The position numbers were made by a program, and so were the translations under genes. DNA of 64,000 bases from Octopus sinensis (Eukaryota), in NCBI RefSeq assembly GCF_006345805.1, contig NC_043008.1, positions 54,808,001-54,872,000 of the forward strand, given 5' to 3'. Each line of letters opens with the position of its first letter. Positions within the stretch are counted from its first letter, which is position 1. The notes under the pieces were generated by a model. That model ran no database searches and had not been told where the DNA came from. It was given only the letters and a program-made list of their open reading frames with translations. This document shows positions 1-13,203 of the stretch, piece after piece.

Positions 1-759
1 TCACGCTTTTTTCCTACTCTTTCACTGCTACATCAACCTTTAACCCTCTTAAGTAGCTAGCAGAATATTAATTTCATCGATCTTAGCACTCCATTTCTCC
101 TCACTGACATGTGTCCCATCCTGCTAAATCCTGCTAATTCCACTCCAAATCATCAATCTCATTTGGACTTGAACTTGGAACGTAAAGGTTCTGCCAGTTG
201 GTTGGACATGTGTAACGTAGCATCGACTTAAAAGGATCCATAAATCCATTAAAATCCGTATTTATATGTTTTTATAGAGGGATTCTCTACTCGAAGCAGT
301 CATAACAGTAAATCAACTGAATTACAGATAGCCGCCTGTTTTCTTAAGATACGCTGGTAAAAAGGATATTAAAAATGTTGTGTGTAAAATTAACCAAATA
401 ATTATGAAATTAAGGAGACACGGGAAACAGGATGTGTGAAAGAAATGTATTTGGAAGTTGTCAGAAGTCAGTTTAAAATAGGGGAAGATAATTGCATTAG
501 TGTCACACAGGCGGTCAACGTCTGGATATTGGGGGGGGGGGGACAAATATATACACAGATACTGACTGCATAAAACAGAACGGTGAATTTGCTGATCAAA
601 GTAAAAGCAATAAAAAGAAGAAAAAAACAAACAAGAAACAAACAAGCAAACAGAAACGAATCAACCAAATATTCAACCAAGCGGACAATAGTAAAATACA
701 CAGCAACAGACTATATTGGCTGACCAAGCTAGAAGCTGATGCGGTGATAGTGATAGATT

Positions 760-790
<31 letters not shown>

Positions 791-1327
791 CAATAATAAT
801 AATGCTAATAGCAAAGTATTGCTGCTGTAATCGATGAACATAACAACAACAATATTTACAGTGTAGGTCCAACTAAGTATCGCCCATCACATATCTGATA
901 GTAGTAATCAATAAGCTTCTCTGGAAATATACTACCCAACAGAATAATTGAACACAGAAAGAAAAAAAGCAAACAATATTTCAGGACACTCACGCTGTTA
1001 TTGATACATATCACTAAAAAACGGTAGTTTGAACAGTGTCGAACGAAAATCAAATATGTTTAGGCAAAAGGCTGCCACAAGAAATTAGAAGGCTGATTAT
1101 ATCTTCTGGTTTGTTCTTATGGCGTCTATAAACGATGTATCTCGAAAGTCAGTTTAGTTATAAAGGATAGTTCATAACATATAAAGTTAAGAGTACCTTG
1201 CAAAGAAATAAAGCGGTAGGACAAAAAACCATGAATGTAGTGCAACACAGACTGTCGCAATGTCTACAGTATTTTCTGGAATGCAGGTCGAAGATTTTAG
1301 ACCAAATTTTAAAAATATAAAATAAAT

Positions 1328-1574
1328 GCACCCTTTTAAAGCCTAGCCAGGCTCATGGGCCCGGTTTCCCGGTTTCTATAGCGTATGTGTTCTCCAGCTG
1401 GACGGAACACCAGTCCATCGCAGCATTACTCATTTTTGTCAGCTGAGTGGACTGGAGCAACGTGAAATGAAGTGTTTTGCTCAAGGACACAACGCGTCGC
1501 CCGGTCCAGTAATCGAAACTACAATCTTACGATCATGAAGCTGACACGCTAACCACTAAGCCACGCGCCTCCAC
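1328..1574 (-). mobile_element. tRNA-headed SINE, family A (head gtggaggcgcgtggcttagtggttag...cttgagcaaaacacttcatttc)
   Basis: Pol III A/B-box-like head; near-identical copy at 29635-29880; further copies ~9015-9210, 34880-35040, 43920-44162, 54360-54580, 59986-60215. Confidence 0.8.
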
Positions 1575-2057
1575 AGACCAATAGTTACAATCCGCTAACA
1601 CCAAGATGACTTTGGAGGACTAAAAATGCTATGCGAAATTCAGGGCGATTTGGAAAGATAGCGACGGTGTTTGATTTCTTGTGCAACATGTTTACACTGT
1701 ATACTACGTTGACTTCTATGCTAGGAAATACGGTTTGTAACAAAGTACACCAAAATAGTTTTCCAATTTTACTCATCAAAATTAGATACCTTCATCTTAC
1801 CTGTTAGAAAACTTGCTATTTTACTTTTAGAACGCAACCATAGAAGCGTCGAGAAATATATAAATATATAATCTATATATCAAATATGTCGAGCGAAAAT
1901 CTAGCGGTAAATAATAGCTCATAATGTTTATCTATTTTTAATATATGATCTTGGTCCATATGTCGTAAGTTCAAAATACATTCGGATTGACTTTGCTTTC
2001 CATCTTTTCTGGATCAATAGCACACAATCAAGAACTGGGATCGATGGTATCCGATGA

Positions 2058-3320
2058 TTGGGTTGTCCGGAAAGTTCGTGCCGATTTTTAAAGGAAAGGA
2101 AAAGGTCAATAAATACTTGCCATTAGATTTTTAATCGACCAAATATGAAACATTTTGTTGCACAATGCGTCTCCATCTTTCCTTTAACTTGAAAATACCT
2201 TCTTCCCAGAATTGAGGTGGTTTCATGGCAAAGAATTCATCAAGGTATCGTTTTACATCATCCAAGGAATTGACATTTTTACCATTAAGACTATTCTGCA
2301 GAGACCTGAATTAGAGGAAATCCGAAGGAGCAATATCTGGTGAATATGGAGGGTGGGGTAACGCATCCCAGCCGAGCTGCAGCAATTTTTGTCTGGTTCC
2401 CAAAGAAACGTGCGGTCTTGCATTACCGTGCTGGCCAATTCTGGGCGTTTCTCTTGAATTGCTACTTTTAACTTGTCCAATTGTGAGCAGTATTTCTCAG
2501 AATTAATTGTCTGGTTACTTCGGAGAAGCTCACAGTACAGAATTTCTTTCCAATCCCACTAGACACAAAGCAAGACTTTTTTAAGGTGAAGACCCGCTTT
2601 TGGAGTGGCTAAGGGCGGCTCATGTCGCTTAATCCAGGATCGCTTTCTCTGAACATTTCGGTAGATAATCCATTTCTCATCACCTGTCACAATTTGCTTT
2701 AAAAAAAGGCGCGTTTTCATTCCGTTTATAAAGCGAATCACAAATGGAAATGCGATCCAAAAGTTTCTTCTCACTCAACTCATGTGGTACCCAAACATCG
2801 TTGCGATTTGTGTACCCAAGCTTTACCAGGTTCTCATGAACGACGGATTTTGATAGGTTGAGACTTTCTGCCAATTCTCGGGTTGTGCAATGTGGGTTAT
2901 TCTCAATTAATGACTTGATTTGTTCATCGTCTGTAGTGGATGGTCTGCCTGATCGCTCTTTATCAATAAGGCTACAATCTCCAGCTCGGAACCTCGCGAA
3001 CCACTTCCGTACAGTTCTTTCCGATAAAGAAACATCGCCGTAAACTGCGCATGTTTCTTTGGTTGCTTGTGAGGCATTTTCCCCTTAACGGAAAAAGAAA
3101 AGCATCAAGCGCCGAAGATGAACTTTCTTATCTTCCATTTTAAAGGTTTACAGAATTAACACAGGTTATAAGAACATAAATCTTCCTCCACGAAAAGATA
3201 GCTTAAACCGTGCTCTTAATGGAGATGTAGTCAAATCCTATGTTATGGACTGAAACATGCTCTAAAATAAGTCGAAAGCTAAGCTACTATAAATCGGCAC
3301 GAACTTTCCGGACAACCTAA
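2058..3320 (-). mobile_element. Full-length (~1.26 kb) mariner (Tc1/mariner DD34D-type) transposon, decayed
   Basis: ~30-bp TIRs ttgggttgtccggaaagttcgtgccgattt / aaatcggcacgaactttccggacaacctaa, with TA on the right flank. Transposase motifs WVPHEL and TGDEKW on the minus strand. Confidence 0.95.
2131..3138 (-). pseudogene. Mariner transposase pseudogene (MEDKKVHLR...WVPHEL...IVTGDEKWI...[15 protein letters not shown]...QQNVSYLVD*) with stops and frameshifts
   Basis: ORF-track fragments 2680-2874 and 2559-2774 plus manual reading; premature stop near the N-terminus and a frameshift at the A-run near 2700. Confidence 0.9.
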
Positions 3321-4227
3321 TATTTATCTCCTCTCCTTAAAACCGATGGGCTTGTGCCTAATCTAGAACCAATTATATAATCTATATATGTGTAAAGTAC
3401 CCACAGTACCTTACGACTGACAAATTTACTTCTCGTACTTGATTGTCTACTATAAGTATACGGATAATCGCATAAGCTGATTAAAATTATAAGAATATCA
3501 ATCACTCAACCTATACAATTAAGCGGAATCTGCTCCCATAATTTGATAATATTCGTGCACAATTTATTTGTCTTGAATTACTTCAAGTATCTCAGAATTG
3601 ATTAAGTTGCTACAAATTGGAATTGAAATATTGAGATGAAATATGCTACAAACAGAAATAAACAAAGACAGCTCATTTACATTGATATATGAAATGTAAT
3701 AGACAAATAAGAGTTTATGATAAACAGTGACGGATATTCTTATAACTAATCGACAAAGAAGATTGTTTTAATATATATAAAAAAGTCGGCACTCTGTCGC
3801 TTATGAGGACGAGCGTTCCAATTGATATTATGAACAAAACAGCTTGCTTGTGACATTAACGTGCAAGAGGCTGAGGACTACAAAGACACGTGAATCCTTA
3901 ACGTAGTTCTTAGGGATATTTAGCATGACACAGATTGTGACAAAGCTGGGCCTTTGAATTATATGTACAACGCATTTTTGCCAGCTGGGTGAGCAACATG
4001 AAATAAAGTGTCTGTGGAGTACTCAGCCACTTACACGTTAAGTTCATGCGTAAGCTGTTTCGTTGATAGTATCAATTGGAACACTCGTTGTCGTAACCGA
4101 TAGAGAGCCAGATCAGATACGTACATATATAAATACGTGCACACATACATATAGTATATATTTATACCCAAAACCTCGCTCAGAAGAAATACAGCCCTCA
4201 AAATATTTATTAAAAAACGATAAACGT

Positions 4228-4497
4228 CACCCTTTTCAAGCCTCATGGACCCGGTTTCCCGGTTTCTGCGCCATATGTGTTCCCCCCAGCTGGACGGGAC
4301 GCCAGTCCATCGCAGCGTTACTCAAGAAACAGGAAGTTGTGGCGAAAAAATACAAGAGGGGTCACCTCCACCCCCTGCTGTGGAGCTTTTAGGTGTTCTC
4401 GCTCAATAAACACACGCAACGCCCGGTCTGGGAATCGAAACCGCGATCCTCCGACAGCGAGTCTGCTGCCCTAACCACTGGGCCTTTGCGCCTCCAC
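4228..4497 (-). mobile_element. tRNA-headed SINE, family B (head gtggaggcgcaatggcccagtggttagggcagcggactcgcggtc)
   Basis: Multi-copy in the window: 15789-16173, 19130-19508, 32530-32712, 37896-38095, 39877-40260, 45690-46005, 63278-63581. Confidence 0.8.
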
Positions 4498-5416
4498 CAA
4501 AGTCTTTATATTATCCTGGAATGAATACAATTTTATGAAAATTTGTAAAATCTACAGCAAAATTGTTACAAAAACTGGATTTGTCAAAGAACTTAAATAC
4601 CAACTCTTTCCCTAGCTGCGACGCTCAACTAATAAAAACATTAACCTCGTTTCACCTTCACTTATCGGAGCATATAACTTTTACAAGGAAATGAGCTCGC
4701 TTAAGAATAATTATACTGGTTTTAAATTATGGTACAAGGCCAGTAGGTTTGGGGAAGAGGGATATTTTATCGTTCCCGGGGGGGGGGGGGATAAAATGCA
4801 AAGTCAAACTCCGCCGCAGAATTTGTACTCGGTGTATAAAGACGGACGAAATACCGCTAAGAATTTTGGACGGCATGCTAAAGTTTCTGCCAACTAACCG
4901 CCTTAATTTAGAAATAATTATTATTGTACGACAGATAATATCAATGCAGCAGAGTTATTTGTGATTTCTGGTTTCTTCCAGAGCAGTTAATGGGCTTTCA
5001 TTCCATGATGGGTCTGATGAACGGGATTTGGTAAAACAGTATCATTTCGTGGAACAAATTCTAGAACATCCTCAGATCATAAATTCGTTGCTTCTATTTG
5101 TGTGATATCAAACTCTACTCATCAGTTTTGAGCAAGATTCTTTTTTATTCTTTTTATTAACCCATTCATTTTTCTTTCCTACACACATTTACTGTGTGAA
5201 TACGAACCTCTTTTATTCTTTATCTTTTACTTTTTTCTGTCATTAGACTGTGGCCATGCTGGGGCACTGTCGTAAAGAAATTTAGTCGAATAAATCGATC
5301 CCAGTACATATGTTTTTAAAGCCTGGTATTTATGCTATCGGTTTCATTTACCAAACCGCTAATTTACGAGGACGTAGGCACACCAGCACCGGGGAACAAC
5401 CACACACACACACACA

Positions 5417-5477
<61 letters not shown>

Positions 5478-6267
5478 CACACACACACTCACCAACACAT
5501 ATTTATACAACGAGTTTCCACACATTTTCAACCTACCAAATTCATTGACAAAACACCGGTCGGTCCAAGGCTATAATAGTAGACACTTGACCAAGATGTC
5601 GCAGTGGGACTGAACCCCAAACCAAGCGATTACAAAGCGATTTTCTCAACCACACTGTCCCCACCTGCGTCTAACTACACAGCCGTGTCAAATAGTTAGC
5701 CTCTTGTGAGACGTAATGTTCATTTTGCTGCCAACAGTCACTAAATATGTGGAAGAAAAATACAATTTATTTCTATCAATAACGTTAATAGATTTAGAAA
5801 GTATATTTATATGAATAGTTAGTGTGAATAACCGAATTATAACAAATCTTCATTGAAAATGGAGGATAAAAAACTAGCTGGTTGTTAAAGCTGTTTGTGA
5901 AGAGTCTTACTGAAATTTTCTTTCATTTTTTAGAAAAGAATATTGAATAAAATTATTTGATCTTTTACAAAAACATATTTCTCATCCGTTCAACGAGGTT
6001 TAAATTCTGATATTAGAAGATGAGAAATTAATATATATAAATGTAAATACTAATTTAACTCTCATCAACTTTCTTTAATATTATGAAGGCGGCTTGTTCT
6101 TCATCATTTTGTTCTTCATCATTTTGTTCTTCATCATTTTGAGGGCGATAAAATAAGTAGCAGTCGAGTACCGGGGTCAAAGTAATCGACTAAGACTCTC
6201 GTCTGAAATTGCTAGCCTTGAACCAAAATTTTAGACCATTAAAGTATTATGAAGCTTTTACGTTCTA

Positions 6268-6431
6268 AGGCGCAGGAGTGGCTGTGTGGTAAGTAGCTTG
6301 CTTACCAACCACATGGTTCCGGGTTCAGCCCCACTGCGTGGTACCTTGGGCAAGTGTCATCTACTATAGCCTCGGGCCGACCAAAGCTTTGTGAATAGAT
6401 TTGGTAGACAGAAACTGAAAGAAGCCTGTCG

Positions 6432-6465
<34 letters not shown>

Positions 6466-6700
6466 GTGTGTGTGTGTGTGTGTGTGTTTGTGTGTGTTTG
6501 TGTCTGTGTTTGTCCCCCCAACATCGCTTGACAACCGATGCTGACGTGTTTACGTCCCTGTACCTTAGCGGTTCGGCAACAGAAACCGATAGAATAAGTA
6601 CTGGGCTTACAAAGAATAAGTCCTGGGGTCGATTTGCTCGACTTAAGGCGGTGCTCCAGCATGGCCGCAGTCAAATGACTGAAACAAATAAAAGACTAAA
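6268..6700 (+). mobile_element. SINE family D (aggcgcaggagtggctgtgtggtaag.. head, internal (TA)n(TG)n tract, ...cagcatggccgcagtcaaatgactgaaaca tail)
   Basis: Copies at 5225-5670(-), 27590-28025(+), 33175-33365(-), 36570-36920(-), 38346-38740(-), 44280-44670(-), 49318-49805(+), 62270-62430(-) and 63690-64000(-). Confidence 0.82.
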
Positions 6701-8075
6701 AGAGAGAGAGAGAGAGAGAGAGAGAGTAAGATCAAATTTCATCGAGGTTGAGTTTGCCATTCGCCCTTTCAGGGTCGATAAAATAAGTACCAGATGAGCA
6801 CCGGCGTCGACGTAACCTACTTGCAACCACCCCTGAAATTGCTAAAATCTTAAATCAACAAGACGGCAAGCTAGCAGAATCGTTATCACCCCAGACAAAA
6901 TGCTTAGGGGCATTTCGTCCGGCTTTATGCTCTGAGTTCAAGTTTTGCTGAGGTCAACTTTGCCTTTGGGGGTCGATGTACTCTATTAACACCCTCCTCT
7001 GAAACTGTGCAGGAATTTGAATTCAATTTTATGGCATCGAGTCATGTTAGCAAGTTGGCAGAATCGTTAGGAGATCGGGCAATGTCATGCTGTATTTCAT
7101 CCGACTTTTTACATTCTGAGTTCAAATCCCACTGAGGTCAACTTTGCTTTTCATCCTTTCGAGGGATGATAAAATAAGTACCAGTCAAGGACTGTAATCG
7201 AGGTCCTTCTTACCTCAAAATTGCTGGCCTTGTGCCAAAGATAGAAAGAAATATGACAGATTGTGAAGGCGAAGTGTTGGCAGAATTGTTTGAATGTTAG
7301 AAAAATGGTATGTAGTATTTCTTCCGATTCGACTCTTTACAGTCTGAGTTCGTATCTCGTCGAGGCCAGTCTTGCCTTCCATTCATTCGGGGAGTTAATA
7401 AAATGAGTACCGCTAAAGCACTGGGGTTGATGTAATCGGCTTATATTTTTCTCAAACATTTGGCCTTGCGCCCTGCCATAGTATTTAGAAACTTCCATAG
7501 TATTTAGACAATCTGTCATAGTATTTAGAATACTATGGTAGATTGTCATCTTAAACGTGAACCTAGAAAAGAAATCAGTGATTCAGACAAGAACCAAAAA
7601 ATTTGTATTATCATAGTATAATGTAGTGACACCCACTCTCTTATATTTCTGCATTAACCTCTGAAATGTTAACTTTAAAAAATGACGGGTTTCTATAAAT
7701 GACTCTGTATAGTGGTATCTGATGTTCTGTTGAAGGTTGTAATACCAAAACAAACTTTTATTTGTGTTTTCTTTATGTTTTGATTGATCGAAATCTTTAT
7801 ATCACAGCTTATAAAATATTAACCTTATCGCCTTATGAACAATGATTTTTTAGAATTTTCACAAGCATAAGCGTCTGATTGAGATGATAGGCGAACTATT
7901 AAGCCACGTGTGGAAAGAAAACACTTTAATTATTCAGAAGGATAAAGAAATGTAATAAAAATAAAGAAAATAAAAAAAGATAAACACAAAAACATTACAG
8001 AATCTCTTCTTGAAAAGAATTGCTATCAAAATGTTCTTTCTTACTAACAATTTGACATTATTATTATTATTATTA

Positions 8076-8110
<35 letters not shown>

Positions 8111-10408
8111 TATTATTATTGTTTTTGAAAACTACAAGGTTTCAAGACTAGATCTCTTCAAAGCAGCTTTGTGTAGTTTCATTAAAACGATGCCTTTGAA
8201 GTAAATGTCTACCGTTAAAAAAAAGAAATTATCCATGGGTATTTTTAGAGAGTGTTGCAAAATGTGATTCCCTGATGGACAACTTCAAATTCAGAAGTAA
8301 TGTCAAATTACTGATATGAAGGATAATAGAGACGAGGATATTTAATCCGATAATACTGTATGTTGTACTGACTGAAAGTTGCACTTATCACAAGTTAGAA
8401 GAGGATGACGCATTCCAAGCATAGTTTTTTTTGTGTGTGTGGAATAATAAAGTTGGTTTGATAGGTGGAATAAATACATAAAACCATGTAAACTTGGGCG
8501 AGAGAACGCAAACCTATGATTGTTAAAGTAGTAACAGAAATATAAAACAACAGGTGTTATTGGGCCTGGGTTAATTACAGGTAAAGATGCGTAGGCCAGT
8601 CAGTCATTATTTTATGAAACCTGTCCTGAAAGTTAGTGGATAAGCAGCGGTGTACTACTTTAATTTTTTTAGAGATTTAACATAATCTGCTTTGAAATAT
8701 TTTAGGACTTGAAACTCTGATGGATGTTCCAGCAATGTTGTGTATGTCGAACTAGCATGACAGATGATCAGAGAGGTCTAAAGTTCCGTGGTTATTCGTA
8801 GGGAATTCTAGTTGTCAATTGTTTATGGGAGTTATATAGTATTGTAGCCGCCTTTCTTCGATATAATGTGGTTTTCAAGATGACAAACATCACACTCCAG
8901 AAATATTACACATATACAGACACACAATGTATATATGCCGTTTCCCATGTGAAAACAAAATGGAGTTTGCATCCATATAATTCTTTTATCGTCACCATAG
9001 TTTTGTGGAGGTGAATAACTTAGTGGTCAGGGAAATATTGCTCATAGTCGTAAGACTGTGATTTCAATTACTGGACCGGTGATGCGTTGTGTTCTGAGCA
9101 AAACACTTCATTTCATGCTAGTCCAGTCCATTCAGATGGCAGAAAGGAGTAACTCTGCATCCAGTTGGGAATATATTCGCTAGAGAAGCCAGGAAATCGG
9201 CCCTATGCTCCTTGCGGAGTAATATGAGTTAACCTTAGCTTTGAACAAGTTGAAAACCATCTATTTTTCTTTTTCCAACCCACATGATGATTTGCTCGCC
9301 TCAATTCAACACCTATGAGAAACACTAGTTTAGCGTGTGTGTATTTCGGTACTAATGAAGATGATTGTTCTCATGTCTCTAAAGAAGATGTTTTTAAACG
9401 TAGCACACGTTTATTTTCCTGAGTTTTGTAGGATGTAATAAATTGTAGAGCGAAGAAAGCTCTGTTAACGTACAGCTGCCATGAAACGATATCACAAGAC
9501 ATTTTCAGCTCTAGAGATTCGAGTTATCTAGGGTACAAAAGTATGTAATATAGATACGTTAGCTTTCAAGATATAATCACAATATATAACTTTAGTCCAA
9601 GTCCTATGAAGTGAAATCTCATTTTTGTGTGATACAGAACTTCACATAAATTGTCGTAGCGGTCACCGTGAAGAACAAAAAATACGGTAATATAAATGGA
9701 TGTTTATGTACGTCACTTCCTGGTGCAAGAAACTGGAAAAGAGATAGACACAATATTTGAGGATGATATTATTGTTTGCGGTTTTCATAAATTAGGCTAC
9801 ATGACTCAAGGGAAAATTCTGAAAACCTTAATGAAGATAGGGACCCATTCATTGTATGAGAATTACAAAAGAAAATCTATCAAGATGGTTACTATATTAG
9901 TTTGAAGTGACCAAAAACGACATCGTTAACAGTGACATGTATTCACAGAGGAGAGACAAATGGGCTTGAAAGAGCTGGAAGAAATATATTGTGTGAATAG
10001 AGTAGAATTGACAACTTGAGATGATAGTGCTGGCATTCATACATTGAAATACCGTTTATCGATTTACTTTGGTCGAGAAGGTGCAAGTAAAAGAATTCTA
10101 TAATATTGATAACGACACACTTTGTAAGGAACAATATAGCTGAGGTAGAATTCTGGAGGCTTGGAATCTACGGTGCATGAAAATATTTGTTGGTCTCTTG
10201 TTGCTCATTGTGCTTGCTAAATTATATTATTGTACATGCGAAGTATGATATATTGGTTGCCATTTTCAAAATTGGTATTCACATAAGTAGAAGAATATGC
10301 GTCTTCGATTAACGGGTTGCAAAGTGTGGTTTCTTGCTGTTCATCCGTCTCATCCATTGTATCAAGAGGTTTTGTTTTATTTTAAGTTGCTATTATTATT
10401 TAAGGGGG

Positions 10409-11030
10409 AAGGCGGCGAGCTGGCAGAAACGTTAGCACGCCGGGCGAAATGCTTAGCAGTATTTCGTCTGCCGTTACGTTCTGAGTTCAAATTCCACCGA
10501 GATCGACTTTGACTTTCATCCTTTGGGGGTCGATAAATAAAGTACCAGTTACGCACTGGAGTCTATGTAATTGACTTAATACCTATGTCTATCCTTGTTT
10601 GTCCCCTCTATGTTTAGCCCCTTGTGGGTAATAAAGAAATAAGTATTTCGTCTGCCGTTACGTTCTGAGTACAAATTCCACCGATGTCGACTTTGCCTTT
10701 CATCCTTTCGGGGTCGATAAATAAAGTACCAGTTACGCACTGGAGTCGATGTAATTGACTTAATACCTATGTCTATCCTTGTTTGTCCCCTCTATGTTTA
10801 GCATCTTGTGGGTAATAAAGAAATAGGTATTTCGTCTGCCGTTACGTTCTGAGTTCAAATTCCACCGAGGTCGACTTTGCCTTTCATCCTTTTGGGGTCG
10901 ATAAATAAAGTACCAGTCACGCACTGGGGTCGATGTAATCCTTGTTTGTCCTCTCTGTGTTTAGCCCATTGTGGGTAGTAAAGAAATAAATATTTCGTCT
11001 GCCTTTACGTTCTGAGTTCAAATTGCGCCT
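10409..11030 (+). mobile_element. SINE family C (aaggcggcgagctggcagaa.. head; Nin/Deu-like core gcctttcatcctttcggggtcgataaa..agtaccag) with tandemly triplicated body
   Basis: One head followed by body units starting at 10459, 10643, 10827 and 10990 (periods 184, 184, 163). Confidence 0.85.
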
Positions 11031-12270
11031 TTGCTGTTTCTTCAGTTCTATTCTCGCCGGAGTCATCTTAGTCTTTTATTCTTGTTGGGTGGGCAATAAA
11101 CTAGCGTATCAGTGAGGTACTGGAGTCAATTAACTGAATAACCTCACCATGCCAAAATTGCCCTGTTTCTGCCTATTTTAGATGCCACTATTACAGGTGA
11201 TGTCCAAGTTGTTCTTTGGGGCGAAGGAATATTCTTTCATACGGTTGCATGGCGTATAATTTTTTTCAATTTTTTACAGAGTTAAAAAAGTCTTCTACAA
11301 GGATTTAAGCAAGAGATAAGGCTTTGTTGTCTTTGTTTTATTTTCAGTAAATTTTATTGTTTTTCTGTATTTGTCTACATTCAGAAAAATGGCTACGAAA
11401 TTTCTCAGCTACGCTCCCGAAAGAAATCGGATTCACTGCGGTTATCACACCAGGAACACACAAAACATGAAAAAGAAAATATTTTACAGCAAACCACAAA
11501 AGCTTAAAACAAAAAAAAAAAAAGAGGAACATGAATGAAAATTTCATAAGAAGTATCACACGTATGGAGAATGCATGCGTTTTTGTTTGGAAATGGCAAA
11601 AGCAACATCAACAGCTATAATATTCTTACACGTACACGAATGCTTACAGCGCCAAGGGAAAATAACTCTGAGAATGGCAGTGTTATATTTGTTACCAATA
11701 AACCAGAGAGACGTCAATAGCCTATCCTAACAACTAGGAAGGAGGAAATTAACAGGAGGAAAGCAATCGAAACGAATATCTTTTAAGTGCCTTCAAAGCA
11801 AACAGAAACTAGAAGAAGCCCCAATCCCTTGTATAACGGAATATTCGCCCTCTCACGTGGTTATGCCTTTGACACTGACAGTTTGGAATTTAGAACCACA
11901 GAGGTCACAACGAAACCTGTTGAAAGACTGAGGTAATGACCAGCCCTACCAATACTTGGGCTACAGAACCATATGACTAGTAGCGTGTAGTAATATGATC
12001 AGGTAATCAGTACATTAGTGACGAGATTAAATGTGGTCTTAAGTGGTCATATAATGACCCTTGAATTCCACAGAGCCAGTGTTTTTCGTATAATTTTCTT
12101 ATTATATGTCTGATTATTTATCAAATTCGTAAAGCCATTCATTGTATAGCGCTCTGACACTTCCTTCAGTCCCAAAAGTATTGTAACCATACATATTTAT
12201 CACCTATTGTATTGTATGCTAGAGCCCTTTGTAGCTAACAAAAGGTAATTAATGCGTTAAAATGAACAAC

Positions 12271-12336
<66 letters not shown>

Positions 12337-12813
12337 GGCAAAATTAAAGGAGGTGTGGTGGAAAAATTGCTAGAGTGTCGGACAAAATTCTTAGTGGCAT
12401 TTCCTCCTACTCTTTTGGTTTTGATTTCAAATACCGCCTTGTTCGGCTTTGTCAATAGCAGGTAGTTACTCAGCTGGCGAAAATGAGTAATACCTGTATT
12501 TCAAAGGGCCAGCCATGTCACATTCTTTGTCACGCTGAACCTCCCTGAGAATTACGTTGAGTACATTACATGTGTCTGTGGTGTGCTCAGCTACTTGCAC
12601 CGCGTGGGTTGTTCCGTTGATCCGATCAACTGGAACCGTTGTCGTCGTAACCGACGGAGTGCCGAGAAAGATAACCAAAAAAAAAAAACCACAACCGCAT
12701 CCTAAGACAAAATCCATCGCTTTGATATAAGAAAGCAGTAATTGGAAAGCCACCAGTGTTGTGATTAGACGCCCGATTAACTAAAATAAGCTTTCATGAG
12801 CAACAGAAGCAGT

Positions 12814-12952
12814 ATTCGAACAGGGGATTACTCAGCTCATCCGTCGATGAATTGCGCGGCTATCCGCGTGAACTGATGCAAATTGCAGGACTCAGTGAAC
12901 ATCAATACCTCGAACCCACATTGCGGCCCCGGGATCTCATCGTCTCAGGCCC
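12814..12952 (+). pseudogene. 5.8S rRNA retropseudogene
   Basis: ggggattactcagctcatccgtcgatgaa...aattgcaggactcagtgaacatcaatacctcgaacccacattgcggccccggg is colinear with the conserved 5.8S core (GGATCACTCGGCTCG..CGTCGATGAAG..GAATTGCAGGACAC..TCGAACGCAC.TTGCGGCCCCGGG). No flanking 18S/28S sequence. Confidence 0.85.
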
Positions 12953-12968
12953 CAAGAAAAAGAAAATA

Positions 12969-13203
12969 AAGGCGGCAAGCTGGCAGAATCGTTAGCACGC
13001 CGGGCGAAATGCTTAGCGGTATTTCGTCTGCCGCTACGTTCTGAGTTCAAATTCCGCCGAGGTCGAATTTGCCTTTCATCCTTTCGGGGTCGATTAAATA
13101 AGTACCAGTTACGCACTGGGATCAATGTAATCGATTTAATCCATTTGTCTGTCCTTGTTTGTCTTCTCTGTGTGTAGCCCCTTGTGGGCAGTAAAGAAAT
13201 AAG
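12969..13203 (+). mobile_element. SINE family C
   Basis: Matches copies at 26032-26265, 39431-39665 and 55665-55894. Confidence 0.85.

Noticed and set aside
8150-10300. Coding-like non-repetitive stretches (including ORF 9696-9905), also 11540-11960 and 37000-37340
   Set aside because: Frames are riddled with stops and I recognise no motif with confidence; probably very old transposon debris, unassignable without a database search.
10459-11030. Regular repeat array superficially like CRISPR
   Set aside because: Units are ~184-bp SINE bodies with no unique spacers and no cas genes; the context is eukaryotic.
12814-12952. Functional 5.8S rRNA gene
   Set aside because: Many substitutions in conserved positions, eroded 3' end, no 18S/ITS/28S context, and flanked by a TSD.
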